Source: Sphyrna mokarran (lineage: Eukaryota). Taken from it: a stretch of 64,000 nt of DNA. Under the pieces are notes generated by a model. It was not told the origin of the DNA. It searched no databases and saw nothing but the letters and a program-made list of their open reading frames with translations. Made by a program: the position numbers and the translations under genes. This document shows positions 37,693 through 49,932 of this stretch, in pieces (position 1 is the stretch's first letter; every line of letters begins with the position of its first letter). The DNA lies in assembly GCA_024679065.1 (NCBI GenBank), contig JAGIQG010000003.1, forward strand, positions 102,486,001 to 102,550,000, in the 5' to 3' direction.

Positions 37693-40066
37693 CACTCAAT
37701 GGTGTGGAGGTGATTCCTCCTTTCCATCCACGTCATGGGACTTCTCTAGTGCAGACAAAGTTCAGCTCAAAGAGAGGGAAAGAGAGATTTGGTTAAGAGA
37801 AAGAAAAAAAAGAAAAGTAATTTTTATAAAAATTAAATGTTATATTTTTAAAATCTTGGAACAGTTAATTTTCAGTGCCACTGAGTTGCTACACAATAAT
37901 TTACACAAAGCAACTCATTTAAAGGCTGCTTATACTGAAATGGACTAGACTTAGCTTTTTGTGGTGAGATTAATTCATAGCCACTGCGTAATTACAGCAA
38001 ATTAATGCCATTTGATGCATTTCAATGCTGAGACGAAGGGTGAGATGCAGCTTTTCTGAGGCTTATGGTACAGGTCTGACAACGACATTTGGATTTCCCC
38101 ATTTAACTGCACATTTGACTTCCTTGATGTTGCTAAGGCATTTGCACATAAATAATGGAAAATGCTATTAGTCTTGTTATTTTGAGAGAAAATTAGGCTC
38201 ATTAAGCTGCTATTTAAAATTGAAGCTCTGCAGCGATATTGTGCAAAATTATTATAATGTACTAACATATGGTATGAAAATAAACTGGTTTAGGAAAATT
38301 ATTTTCTAGAAGCTTAGAGTGTACCATTCAGTGAACTGAAGTGAGAAATGGACTAGCTTTTGCACTAAAGCAGAAAATTCGTATGAAAGATGGGTAAATA
38401 ATACGCTTAAATACCAGTCCCTTGTAATGTACATTTTTTTAAAAAATCTGCCCCCCATGTGTAAGAACCACTTGGGCAAATAAAGCTAAAGGTAAGTAAA
38501 TGTCAGACAAGCTTTGATGTTTGACTGCACCTATTATATCATTGAAAATAATTATTTGGATTTCACCTAACCTCTATTATGAGGTAAATATACATTTGAA
38601 AATTGACTTAAATATAAATCCCCCATGCCAGCCACCAATTGTCTTGCGAGGTATGACAGCTATGAGAGGTAGATTTCCATAGGGTGTATGTAATGGATCA
38701 GCAATCTGCCATCACTCTGCAGTTACCCTAAATGATCGTGACAAAGAGAGCCAGGATAGAAATTTCGTATCAAACAAAGAAATGAGGCAGTGATGACCTT
38801 TGATCAAATCAACTTTTGATGTGCTGTCACAGAAATTACATTAAAAGCATTTACGTTGGGGTGTTATGTAAAATATTACATTCGCCTGTATTATAAAACA
38901 GAACTGAGGTTAAATATGTGTCTCATTAATAAACATGGCTGCAGGAAATTTGATTGATGTCCAGAGTTGGGAACCATGGCTCAGCATTACAGAGTCCCTT
39001 GATGCCTTAACCCAAAGGAATGAAAAATATATAGTCTCTGTACAAAATTAAACTGACAAATTTTCTTGGACACATTTCCTTTTAATATTCCTTCAGTATA
39101 TTTACATTCATAATTTAATATTTTCCCAAGCGACATGAAACAAAACACTGCTTCTCCGTATGTGTGTACGAATTGGAAAGAACTTCTACTATACAAAATT
39201 AAAATCACTCTTTCCTGAAGAGTTAGATGCACCCATTAAGAATCTACTCCTGTCAGCAAGGATTCTCTGGTAATGACTACATGCCAACAATTTGATATGT
39301 TACTGTGTTGTCTTTTGGCCTGGGGCATCTCTTTGTATTATTTCATTCTGTTTGTACTACAAAGGCTCTACTTTATATAAGTCAGATCTTCCATGTTAAT
39401 TTTTCATTTTTGTTTTACACAAGTCTCAAATATTGATCCTGCCATTGAATGTGTCAACTTAAAAGATCCTCCTCTCATACATAAAGCAATTTGTAGTTGC
39501 AAGTTTATATCAGAACATTGCAATTATATTTGTAATGTGCTTATACTGAGGCTACAGTCAGTTTCAAAAAGGGATGGTTGAAGCCATCTGTGGAGCATAG
39601 ATGCTATGGACCCATGGAAAGCATTTGGGAATACCAAGTGCTATGGGAAATTACACGATCATCTGAAATAGTAGCAGCATTTGCAAATGGTTTTGGCAAG
39701 TTATGCAATGGAATGAAATGTTGTGTGAATGTAAAGAGATGAGAGCACATTTTTAAAAAGCAGAAAGTAGCTAGAATTGAAATCTAGCAAAACTAGCCCT
39801 GGCATGCAAAGTCGGGTTAATTACGTGGCTGTTGGAGTCCTGAAATGGAGTGAGAAGAAACATAGCAACATGAAATGGAAAATAAGTATTTTGCAATACG
39901 GTGGCCAGTTCTCCATCTGAGACTAATCTAACTTCAAATCACTGAGAATTACTTTAAAACCATTTAATGTTTTTTTTTAATGTACACTAGTCAGTTTCTT
40001 AGGAAATTAAGTAAAATGAAAAATCTCTTGAAACATTCCTATTAGTGCATGTACAACTAAGAAGGT

Positions 40067-40345
40067 GTGCCTCACAGCACCAGGGACCTGGGTTGGATTC
40101 CCAACTTGGATTGCCATCTGTGCGGAGTCAACACATTCTCCCTGTGTCTGCATGGGTTTCCTCTGGGTACTCTAGTTTCCTTCCATAGCCTGAAAGATGT
40201 GTTGGTTAGATGCATTGGCCATGTTAAATTCTCCCTCAGTGTACCCGAACAGATGCCAGAGTGTGGTGACTAGAGGGTTTTCACAGTAACTTCATTGCAT
40301 GTTAATGTCAGCCTACTTGTGACACTGATAAATAAAGTAAACTAA
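40067..40345 (+). mobile_element. V-SINE, second subfamily (5' clipped)
   Basis: GCCTCACAGCACCAGGGACCTGGGTTGGATTCCC...GCCTACTTGTGACACTGATAAATAAA. Confidence 0.88.
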
Positions 40346-41602
40346 AAAAGACAAAGATTGGAATTTGATGAGGTTTAGCAAATCAGTGCGATCAATGGAA
40401 TTTTACCTATTTTGTGGTTGGGGCCTGATTCAGACAAATTGGATCTTGAAGCAGCCTAACCAATATGGAAAACACAAGCAAAAGTGGTTTTGTATGGACC
40501 GTCACGTACAATTAAAATTCTCGATCTTTTGCATTGGTTCCACCTGGATTTCACTGTTATCATTTGTAGAATCATGTGAAAACCTGGCCCCATCCAATCA
40601 AAATCCAGACCTTTAGGTTAGTCAATTAAGCAAAGCCTTTAAAGGAGATTTAACAAGACGCAAAGGAAAATTCAATCGAAAATAAACATGTGATGGCAGA
40701 GTAGGATTCTCTGGTCTTTTTGCAGTGTGTTTCTCATTGACTGCCCCCCCATGTTTTTGGAAAACCAGCAGCAAGGCCGCAGCATCAATAGGGCCAGAAG
40801 ATCCCATTGGTGTGAACAAAATTTTAACCTATATGAAATTGGAAATCAGAAAATCAGTGAGAATAACAGCTGAACCAGAAATACTCAGATGGAGGTTGCT
40901 AAAACTGTTCCATGCAACTGAATGGACGGAGCACGCAATCATAGGCATTGTGGTTGCCAGACAGAGTAGAGAGAAAAGACAAGCCATTACTCAGGAAATT
41001 CATTGTGTTTGCCTTCCCTTCAGCTTCCATGCACAATAATAAATATCAACATAAAACCAAAGTCTCAGCCCACACCATTACACTGAAATGAAAGCAGTCA
41101 TCAAACTGGCTTAGCCTGGATATAAAACTGTAGTATGAAGGATGTTACAGAGCACATGATGTGAAAGGCAAAATTAAGGCATTAGCTGTAGGCTTGAGCA
41201 GCTTGAAAATGCAGGAGAAGGTTCCCTCTTTTCAAAAGGTGCAGTGAGAGATTTGTGAAGTATATATTTACAAGGTAAATGCATACAGAGGAAATATTCT
41301 CCAGCACATTACACAAGAATGTATCATCCTGTATGTTGACATTTAGCTTAAGGAGTTCCATTTTGAGGTACACTCTTTCCAACATTTTAACCTTCAGACT
41401 GAAGGAAAATGGCCTCAACAGCTGAACCGTTTTTGTAAGAGTTACACTTAACAATGGATTAGGGCCTCAAAGCCTGCCTGGAACTCTTCAGTTCTTTCTG
41501 GCTGGAAGCCACTCCAAGGCAGCCCACTCAATTATCAACTGTTCTGGAAAATTCCAAAGTTAGCTTCTGACAATCACCCTAAATAGACTTTCAAATGGCC
41601 TT

Positions 41603-41710
41603 AAATAAAAGCAAAATACTGTGGATGCTGGAAGTCTGAAACAAATACAGAAAATGCTAAACAATCTCAGCAGGTCTGCAGCATCTATGGAGAGAGAAAC
41701 AGACTTAACT
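41603..41710 (-). mobile_element. Penelope-like terminal repeat tail fragment
   Basis: AAAGCAAAATACTGTGGATGCTGGAAGTCTGAAAC...CAGCATCTATGGAGAGAGAAACAGACTTAAC, same family as 14617 and 55250. Confidence 0.65.
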
Positions 41711-41919
41711 GCCATTATTTTATATACCGTGGCTCTGACAAGGCTTGTAAAATCTTGCCTCAGGGCAATGAAAAATTCCATTCTGTGAGCCATGCCCACC
41801 CTGGAATACAGGCGGACGTGACAGTAAAATTCTGGTCAATGTTTTGCATTCATATCAATATAGGAGTGAAGCATTTAATTTGCATCCCAATTTGCCAAGA
41901 CCCTTCGTTTCAGGGGAAA

Positions 41920-42425
41920 ATTGTCCAAATTCATTTGGAAGGTAGTCCAACAGCAGCATCCTCACAAAGCCAAAATGCCCACATTGAGGCATTAATTACT
42001 CACTGGATAGGACATGTCATTCATATGCCTGATACCAGACTCCCAAAGCAACCGTTCTATTCAGAAACCAGTTACAGCAACATATGCCCGAGGTGATCGC
42101 AGAAATGTTTCAGAGATGTCCTGAAGAGATCAAACACAACCTCACCCGAGCCAAACTGTGGGAGTCCCTGGTTTTTGACCAACTGTAATGATGAAGTTCC
42201 ATGCAAGAAGGCATCAAACACCTTAAAAGATCTTGTTTGGGACGTGTGGAAATGAAATTGAGGCATGGGAGCATACACACATACCTCTACCCAGCTCTTC
42301 AAGCCCCACTTACGCTGCATGTGGCAGAGTCTGCAGGTCACGCATTGGACTTACCAGCCATCCCCTAACCCATTGGTCCAGAGTGGAAGCAATTCATTCT
42401 TGATCCCAAAGGACTGCCTAAGAAG
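41920..42425 (+). mobile_element. RTE-clade LINE 3' fragment
   Basis: Peptide HWIGHVIHMPDTRLPKQPFYSE, C-terminal zinc-finger-like remnant, 3' end GGACTGCCTAAGAAG. Confidence 0.8.
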
Positions 42426-43399
42426 GTAAGTGGAGAATAATAATTCCATGTTTTGAATTTGGCTTTCTGAAAGTTTTCCTTCTCACTTTTCAGAGACAGA
42501 AATGTCACACAAATCTCAAGACTTCCAATTGTTTCCTGTTAGCTTTGTAAAAAGGGTAAGTAGTTGATTTGAAGTTCATGGCCTGTGTTAAAACATTGGA
42601 TTAATTTTGTCACATAGTGGGATTTCAATTTTCATTCATTTGGCTCTGATGGACTCCACTTAGAAATTAATTAGAAAGCAATTTTCTAAATGACCTTAGA
42701 CTTATGCCCAAAAAGCAGACAAGTTTAAACATGCAAAATGAATAAAGTGACTCCTTTTGAAAAGTACAAGGTCTTATTCAGCTGGTATAAAATGTCAAAG
42801 CTGAGTTATTTGAGTGAATGGCTTGACATCCAGTTACTTTTGAACAGCGGAGTTTACCGCAGCAGCAGCTGGTATCAAGGAACAAGGCTGTGAGTTCTTC
42901 CTTTCTATGCCAGCTGATTCCCAATTCCTGCTGACAGATGTTGCCTTGTAATTAGTTTTTAATGTGGAAGGCCATACTGCAGCTACAGCCTTTTACATTA
43001 ATTTACCTTGTGAAATTATGCAGAGAGCTGTACGAAGGCTCCAAGTATTATGAGTTCTAATGAAATGGTGTTCATAACAGCATTGCTCTTTTCAGAAGTC
43101 ATCAAATTATGTTCTGTTGTTACAGCAATGACATTCTCACTCCCCAAATAGTTTCTGATAATCATTTCACTTATAATACACATTTAAACATTTTGGAGAT
43201 CAACAAATAAGGTAAAATTACTACTTAGTAGGCAGCATCTATGTAAGTGCAACGACATCCATATTTTGCTTACTGCAAAAAATTCTTGCTCCAATATGTG
43301 AATAGGGTTTCCAGAGAATTTCAGTCTCACATCATTCTTATGTATTTTCCCTTTGTGATTAAATTTAGCTAAACCACTAACCAAAAATAATTGAGATCG

Positions 43400-43850
43400 C
43401 AAAGTTTCTGACGGAATGTGTTCTCATGACTGATCATCCAACCGAAAAGAGATCAGCTACATGTTGGGCAGACATGTACTCGGGGTGTTGAAGAGATGCT
43501 TGCAGTTTTGAAGTTGCAAAGTTTATGTTTCCTGTTGACTAATGCAGTGCTGTGCTGCTCGCAGAAGGTGACGCCTTTGTTGACCAGACTGAAACATACA
43601 AAGTGATCTTGTGCAAGGGTTTCCCATATCTCAGAGGCAAATTTTAAATGCTTTAGTGAAACATAAGTGTACCCTTGAACTGCATTTTTTGGCTTTTATG
43701 CAAATATTTCCCTTCAACTAGATTGCAATAGAAGAGTTTTTTTGGCAAACACTTATCAGGCAATTGGGCAACATGTTCTGGCCATCTTATCTGTGGTCTC
43801 TTCTGTAAAATGTGGCAGTTACATATATCAGTGAGGGGAGAGTCTCCAGA
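43400..43850 (-). mobile_element. RTE-clade LINE 3' fragment
   Basis: Minus-strand peptides QIRWPEHVAQLPDKCLPK, WETLAQD and VCPTC. Confidence 0.7.
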
Positions 43851-43861
43851 TTAAGATCCTG

Positions 43862-43998
43862 GGGTGGGATACTCTGGCCATTCACATTAACGGGATCCTC
43901 CCACCCCACTGCAGTGAACAGAGATTTGGCTGAGCGCTAAATTCTCCATCATCTCTGGCAGTGGCGGTAGTGTGTGAATGGCTGGAGAATTCCGGCCC
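43862..43998. mobile_element. MITE with ~24-bp imperfect terminal inverted repeats
   Basis: GGGTGGGATACTCTGGCCATTCAC ... GTGAATGGCTGGAGAATTCCGGCCC; flanks CTG/TTG; inverted homolog at 56299-56434. Confidence 0.75.
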
Positions 43999-44334
43999 TT
44001 GTCTTGCAATCTGATCTTGAATAGTCTCCTTTAGCAGGTCATGTAGAAGCAGTGTAGCTGGTCTATACGCTTGAAGTAAACCCTTCATGTCTCACAAGCA
44101 TAAGAGAGAGTGGGAAAGACAACAGCTCTATATATCTTTACTTTTGCTGAGAGGCTAATTCCTCTTCACTCTTAGTTTCAAACTATGCCAGCACCCACTC
44201 CCGCCCTTGCCAGCACCCATTCTTGCCCCTACTAACAATTGAAAAGCCAGCTCCTTAACTCACATAGGCAGGGGACCAAATCTGATGTATCAACGATTGG
44301 AACTGGCAGCACTTTAACTGCTAGGTCATAGAAC

Positions 44335-44682
44335 CAGAAAATAGAATCATAGAATCCTTCCAGCGCAGAAGAGGCCATTCGACCCATCGAGCCTGCACCG
44401 ATTCACTGACAGACTATCTTAACCAGCCCTGCCCTTTACCCATAATCCCACACATTGACAATGGCAAATCCCATCTAACCTACACATCTTGGAACACTAA
44501 GGGGCGATTTAACATCACCAATCCACCTAACCTGCACATCTTTGGAGTGTGGGATGAAACCAGAGCACCCAGAGGAAACTCACACAGACATAGGAAGAAC
44601 GTGCAAACTCCACACAGACAGTCACCCAAAGCTGGAATTGAACCTGAGTCCCTGGTGCTGTGAAGCAGTAGTGCGAGCCATG
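44335..44682 (-). mobile_element. HE1-like V-SINE (long-tail variant)
   Basis: ATAGAATCATAGAATC tail, V-domain, GGAATTGAACCTGAGTCCCTGG head. Confidence 0.9.
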
Positions 44683-44880
44683 GTGAAATTCATTGTCACA
44701 GAAGGCATGGAGTATATTTAAGGCAAAAATAGATTGGTCCTTGATTGGTAAGCAGGTCAGAAGTTATAGGGAAAAGGCGGGAGAATAGGGTTGAGAAATA
44801 TATCAGCTTTTATTGGATGGTGGAGCAGACTCGATGGGCCAAAGAGCCTAATTCTGCTCCCATATCTTATGGTCATACGT
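44683..44880 (+). mobile_element. CR1 3' tail
   Basis: GGTGGAGCAGACTCGATGGGCCAAAGAGCCTAATTCTGCTCCCATATCTTATGGTC. Confidence 0.75.
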
Positions 44881-45454
44881 GCTACCATCAGCAGCGAAGC
44901 AGAAGCTTCTTTTTAATTGTAATTGTTTTTGTATCACAGAAATAGAAATTGTTCTGACATTTGACCATCTTTATTATTGGTTACATCAACATCGCAAACT
45001 GCTTTTGAAAATGAGTGACTTATCTGTTTTGGGGTCACAGCCATTTTCTTGGATCAAAGAAATCCATCATTTGCCAGAAAGTAAGAAGTTTGTATTAGTA
45101 CTCTATGTCAGGGATTTACCACAAGGTATCTACAAATTCAGCATGTCCTTCTTTACCTTGATAAAGTTGAGATACAATATCATCAAGCTGTGAAATTGTT
45201 TATTTGAATCCAAGGTGAAAGATAAAATTGAAAATATGGTAAGAATTGGAGCTGAGTGCAGAATGGACACCTGATTATAGAAGATGAAATAAAAAAACAA
45301 AGAAACAGGGAGCTAAAAACTCATCTGTACCCATTACCAGGCATGGAGAAGAAATTCACAATCCTCTCACTAAGTTAGGCAGCACACATGTAGCTCTTAA
45401 AATCACTCCGGTCTTCTTAAATGGGAGTTTCCTGACACCACCACAACTTGCATG

Positions 45455-46680
45455 AAACTGGCTGAGTGATAGGAAACAGAAAGTAAGGTTAATGAATATT
45501 TTCTGGGCTGGAGAAACGTTTTTTAGTGGTGGTCCCCAGGGACCAGTGTTGGGACGTTACCCTTGTTGATATCTATTAATGATCTAGACCTTGGTGTGCA
45601 TGGCATAATTTCAAAGTTTACAGGTGACACAAAACTTGAAAGCATCATAAACTGTGAAAAGAACTTCAAAAGGACATAAACAAGTTGGTAGAATGGCCAA
45701 ACAAGTGGCAGATAAAGTTCATTGAAGATAGCAGGACAGGCAGAGAGCATGGTTACTAGAGACGCAGAACTGCAGGCTTTATAAATAGTGGCATAAAGTA
45801 CAAGAATATGAATGTTTTATTGAACTGTAATAAGAGACTAGTATGGCCTCAGCTAAGGCTCTGGATGCCATACTTTAGGAAAAATGTGAAGGCATTGGAG
45901 AGGCATAGTTAGCACTGCTACCTCACAGCGCTAGGAACCCAGGTTTAATTCTCAGCTTGGGTCACTGTCTGTGTAGAGTTTGCACATTTTCCCCATGTCT
46001 GTGTGGGTTTCCTCCAGGTGCTCTGGTTTCTTCTCACAGACTAAAAATATGCGGGTTATGTGGATTGGCTAAATTGCCCCTTAGTGTCAGGGAGACTAGT
46101 AGGTAAATGCATCAGTTTATGGGGACAGGGCCTTTGTGGGATTATGGTCGGTGCAGACTTGATAGACCAACTGGCCTTCATCTGCAGTGTGGAATTCTAT
46201 GATTCTACGATGAGAATGCAAAAAAAATTCATTATAATGGTTCCACAGATGAGGAACTTTACTTATGCAGCTGGACTGGAGGAATTGGGTCTGCTTTCCT
46301 TGGAGAAGAGAAGGTGAGAAGAGATTTAATGGAAGGTATTCAAAATCATGAGGAGACTGGACAGAATTGATAGGGAGAAACTGTTCCCACATGTGTAAGA
46401 ATCATGAACGGGAGGGCACAGATTTAAAGTCATTCACAAAAGAAGCAAAAGCAATATGAGAAAGATCTTTTTCACACAGCGACTGGTTAAGGTCTAGAAT
46501 ACATTATCTGAGAATGTGGTGGGACTGGTTTGACTGAGGCATGCAAAAGGCAGTTAACTAAAAAGGAAACATTTGCTGGATTAAGAGGGAAAAGACAGGG
46601 GAATGGCACTAGGTTAATTGCTCATTTGAAGAACTAGTGCAGACACAATGGGCTGACCAGTCTCCTCTGCGTTGTAACAA
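45455..46680 (+). mobile_element. CR1 LINE (RT to 3' end), decayed, with nested SINE
   Basis: GTCCCCAGGGACCAGTGTTGGGAC (VPQGSVLG-like), AAGTTTACAGGTGACACAAAACT (KFADDTKL-like), LEELGLLSLEKRR. Confidence 0.85.
45903..46208 (+). mobile_element. HE1-like V-SINE nested in CR1
   Basis: Head, V-domain and ATTCTATGATTCTACG tail interrupt the CR1 at GCATTGGAGA|GAGAATGCA. Confidence 0.9.
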
Positions 46681-47589
46681 TTCTGCAAATTTGTCTGCAG
46701 TGGAAACAAAACAGAGTGAAGACCAGTGGGGTGGGGGGAGGTGGGGGAGGAAGGGGTCTTGGTGGTGAAAGTTCTCCCAGATTCCGATTCAGTCTTTAGT
46801 GATGGCAAAGAGAGAGAGGCAGCAGACAACTAATTCTGATGCTTATAGCGAACAAACATCGAGTGACTGCTCGTGGCCAATGTGGGACATCACACAAACC
46901 AAGCCTCTGATAACGAAACACCAGGAAATGTAAAATAAAAGTTTTGTAATTCCGATTTCCCCAATTTACCAAAATACTGATTTAAAAAAATGAGAGAATT
47001 GGTAGGGTCACATAATTAAACACAGGACTGGTGTATTTTCATAAGCTCTGTATTACTAAAGTAAGCCTACCTGTGACCAATAATAAATAAACTTTTAAAA
47101 TTTACTCATCTTTCAACCCTTTTGTTTCAATCGTGATGTCCAACCTAGTCCTGACAGTATGTATAATCTGTGCTATGTTTCTTTAAGATCCTGGCAAAAA
47201 TTTGGTGATATAAAGCTGAGTTGACTCCCCATTTGATTGAGGCAGTCAGAGACGGCCAGGGGTGGGATCCAGTTTGCATCTGCGGTTTCACCAGTGAGTG
47301 GGCCTACACTTCTGCCACTGGCATCGAGATGATGGCTGCCATTGTGAGTGAAGTGGTGGATGATAGTGTCGGACCCCTCCAGCATAGATGATTGGTGTTC
47401 ACACTTTGATGAACTTTGTGATATCCTAAAGCAAATGGTTGAAATGGAGAAGAGAATGCTGTCAGTGAAGAAAGCAGTTTTCTCAGTGGGGGCTCACCCT
47501 CAATCTGCTACATGGTATGTCCAACATCCTGGTCAATTTGGTGGGGGGGAGTGGGTAGGGGTTCAATATAGTTCAATGAAGGTTCACTT

Positions 47590-48205
47590 GAATGATTCCT
47601 GGGATTAAGGTGATAGTTTATGAGGTAAAGTTGAATATGTTGGGCCTATGCCTCCTGAAATTTGGAAGAATGAAAGGTGATCTTACTCAAACATAAGTAA
47701 TCCTGAGGGGACCTGACAGGATTGAGAATAAGAGAATGCTTTCACTTTGTCAAGGAGCCTAGAACAATGGGCAAAGTTTAAAATATTTACGACTGAGATA
47801 GGAAGATTTTCTTTCTCTCAGACCGTCATAAGTCAGTGATACTCTCTACTCCAGAGAGCTATGGAGTTTGAGTCATTGAAGATATTCGAGGCTGATTTTG
47901 TTCAACAAGAGAATGTGGAGTTGAGGCCACAATCTCAACAGTCAAGAGATGGGATTTTCCAGCCATTCCCACGCTGGTATTGCTGTGCCATGGGTTCCCC
48001 AAGAGTGGATAGTGCAAACAACAGGAAACCCTATTAACAGCAATAGCTCCAAAGGATCCTGTCATCAGCTAGTGATCGTCTGGCTGCACCACGGCAAAAC
48101 ATAGTGCAAGAGGGGTACAGAAAATCCCCCCCATGATCTTATCAAATGACAGATCAGACTCAAGGGGCTGAATAGTCTTCTCATGCTCTTAATTCTTGTA
48201 TTTTC
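47590..48205 (+). mobile_element. CR1 3' fragment with nested MITE (47948-48132)
   Basis: CR1 ORF2 C-terminus; tail is split by GATGGGATTTTCC...GAAAATCCCCCC and resumes CATGATCTTATCAAATG. Confidence 0.75.
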
Positions 48206-48459
48206 ATGCAGGTAGTATTCTCTTTTAGGCAGACATTCCATGTTGGGTGACATGTAGCAACATATGCAGCCATAGTGTGCAAAGTTGCTTTTCATTCATT
48301 CATAGTGTATGGGTGCTTCGCACAAACCAGAAACTGCCAATTAATTGTACCGTCAACTTCCTCATCTATCATTTAACTGACAATTAAAAATAGACCAATG
48401 GGCTCAATTTGGCCAGGTTGGATTTGTCTTGCTTTTTTGTGGATTGGTCTTTTTTTTTA

Positions 48460-48670
48460 ATTTACTTGTGTCACAAATGTGCTTAATGCTGCAATGAAGT
48501 TACTGTGAATATCCCCTAGTCGCCACACTCCAGTGCCTTTTCGGGCTCACTGAGGGACAATTTAGCATGGCCAATGCATCTAACCCACACATCTTTCTGA
48601 CTATGGGAGGAAACCGGAGCACCCAGAGGAGCATGCAGATAAGGGGAGAACATGCAGACTCCGCACCACC
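48460..48670 (-). mobile_element. V-SINE, second subfamily, partial
   Basis: GCAATGAAGTTACTGTGAATATCCCCTAGTCGCCACACTCC...GGAGGAAACCGGAGCACCC. Confidence 0.85.
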
Positions 48671-49203
48671 AATCTCAGGCAGAGTGGCAGCGGACCACCC
48701 TTTCCCCTCACTGTAGCTGGAGGGCCCAAATCGGACTTTTGTAGACCATGTCTGATTCACATCAATTCTGGACGAGTAAACAAGATGGAAAAGGGCGAAG
48801 TGCCAGTAAGTTTTTGCGCACGCAGAACCTTAAGTCCATTTAAATGCATGCAAATACATTGAAATGGCCATCGCACCCATTTGGGTGTGGTCCTGATGAT
48901 GGCCATTTTTGGGTCTTGGTAAAGGGGGAGAGGGCGTGAAGACAGGCATGTATAGCGCTACTCACATCACGTTCAACTTTACCAAGTTTCTGCACCCAAA
49001 AATGGGCACAGCAAGATGGTAAAATCAGATCCAAAATGTACAAAAGATAGAATTTGCACTTGGTTTAACGACCTTATGCACAAAAACCCAAGCATGACTC
49101 ACATCTATACTAACCAATATCACAGTTTAAAAGAATGAAGAAGGGACCTTTAGTTGCTACTAGAAATTTTACTAGTTCCTCATAGGTACACCACCTTCTC
49201 TTT

Positions 49204-49399
49204 TGTAGACTGCGTTGTTATTTGACCACGTGACGACAAATGTCTAGCATCACATGGCAGGGTTACGCTACATTTCCCCAGGTGTCCGGTAGAACACAAG
49301 TCCGGTAGACTTTCCTTACAGCTGAAAAGTCAGTTCAATGAACCTACTGTTATTGCAGTTCTTTTGCAATCACTGTGCAGCAAGCTGCAGAAAACTGCA
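49204..49399 (+). repeat. 5' LTR of Gypsy copy 1
   Basis: TGTAGACTG...GTCTAGC...GGCAGGG...ATTTCCCCAGG...CACAAGT...CAGAAAACTGCA, followed by PBS-like TGGTGCAG. Confidence 0.65.
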
Positions 49400-49660
49400 T
49401 GGTGCAGGGCTGGCAGCACATCACAAGAATTTTAAACTATTCACCCATTAATCTTTGATTAAAAACTGGCAGACAACTGCCACAAGTTTAAACAGGAGCA
49501 TTCATACTCTGCCAGCCAAGGACGGTACCAGTGGACACATTGCTGAATTTAGTGGGTCCCGAAGTGATAGCAAAATTCTGATCATTCACCTTCGAATCTG
49601 ACGGTGAGAATGAATACCTTGAGATAATTTTGAACATTTTCAAAGCCATATGCCATCCAG

Positions 49661-49932
49661 ATAGAATCATAAAATCCCAACAGTGCAGAAGAGCCCCATC
49701 CTCATAATGCTATTCACCCTAATCTACACATTTTGGGACAGTAAGGGGAAATTTAGCACGGCCAATCAAACCAACTTGCAAATCTTTTGATTGTGGGAGG
49801 AAACTGGAGCACCAAGGAAAACCCATGCAAACACAGGGAGAATGTGCAAACTCCACACAGTCACCCAAAGCCAGAATTGAACGTAGATCCCTGGTACTGG
49901 GAAACAGCAGTGCTAACCAATGTGCCATCATG
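49661..49932 (-). mobile_element. HE1-like V-SINE nested in Gypsy copy 1
   Basis: ATAGAATCATAAAATCCC tail, V-domain, head. Confidence 0.88.
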
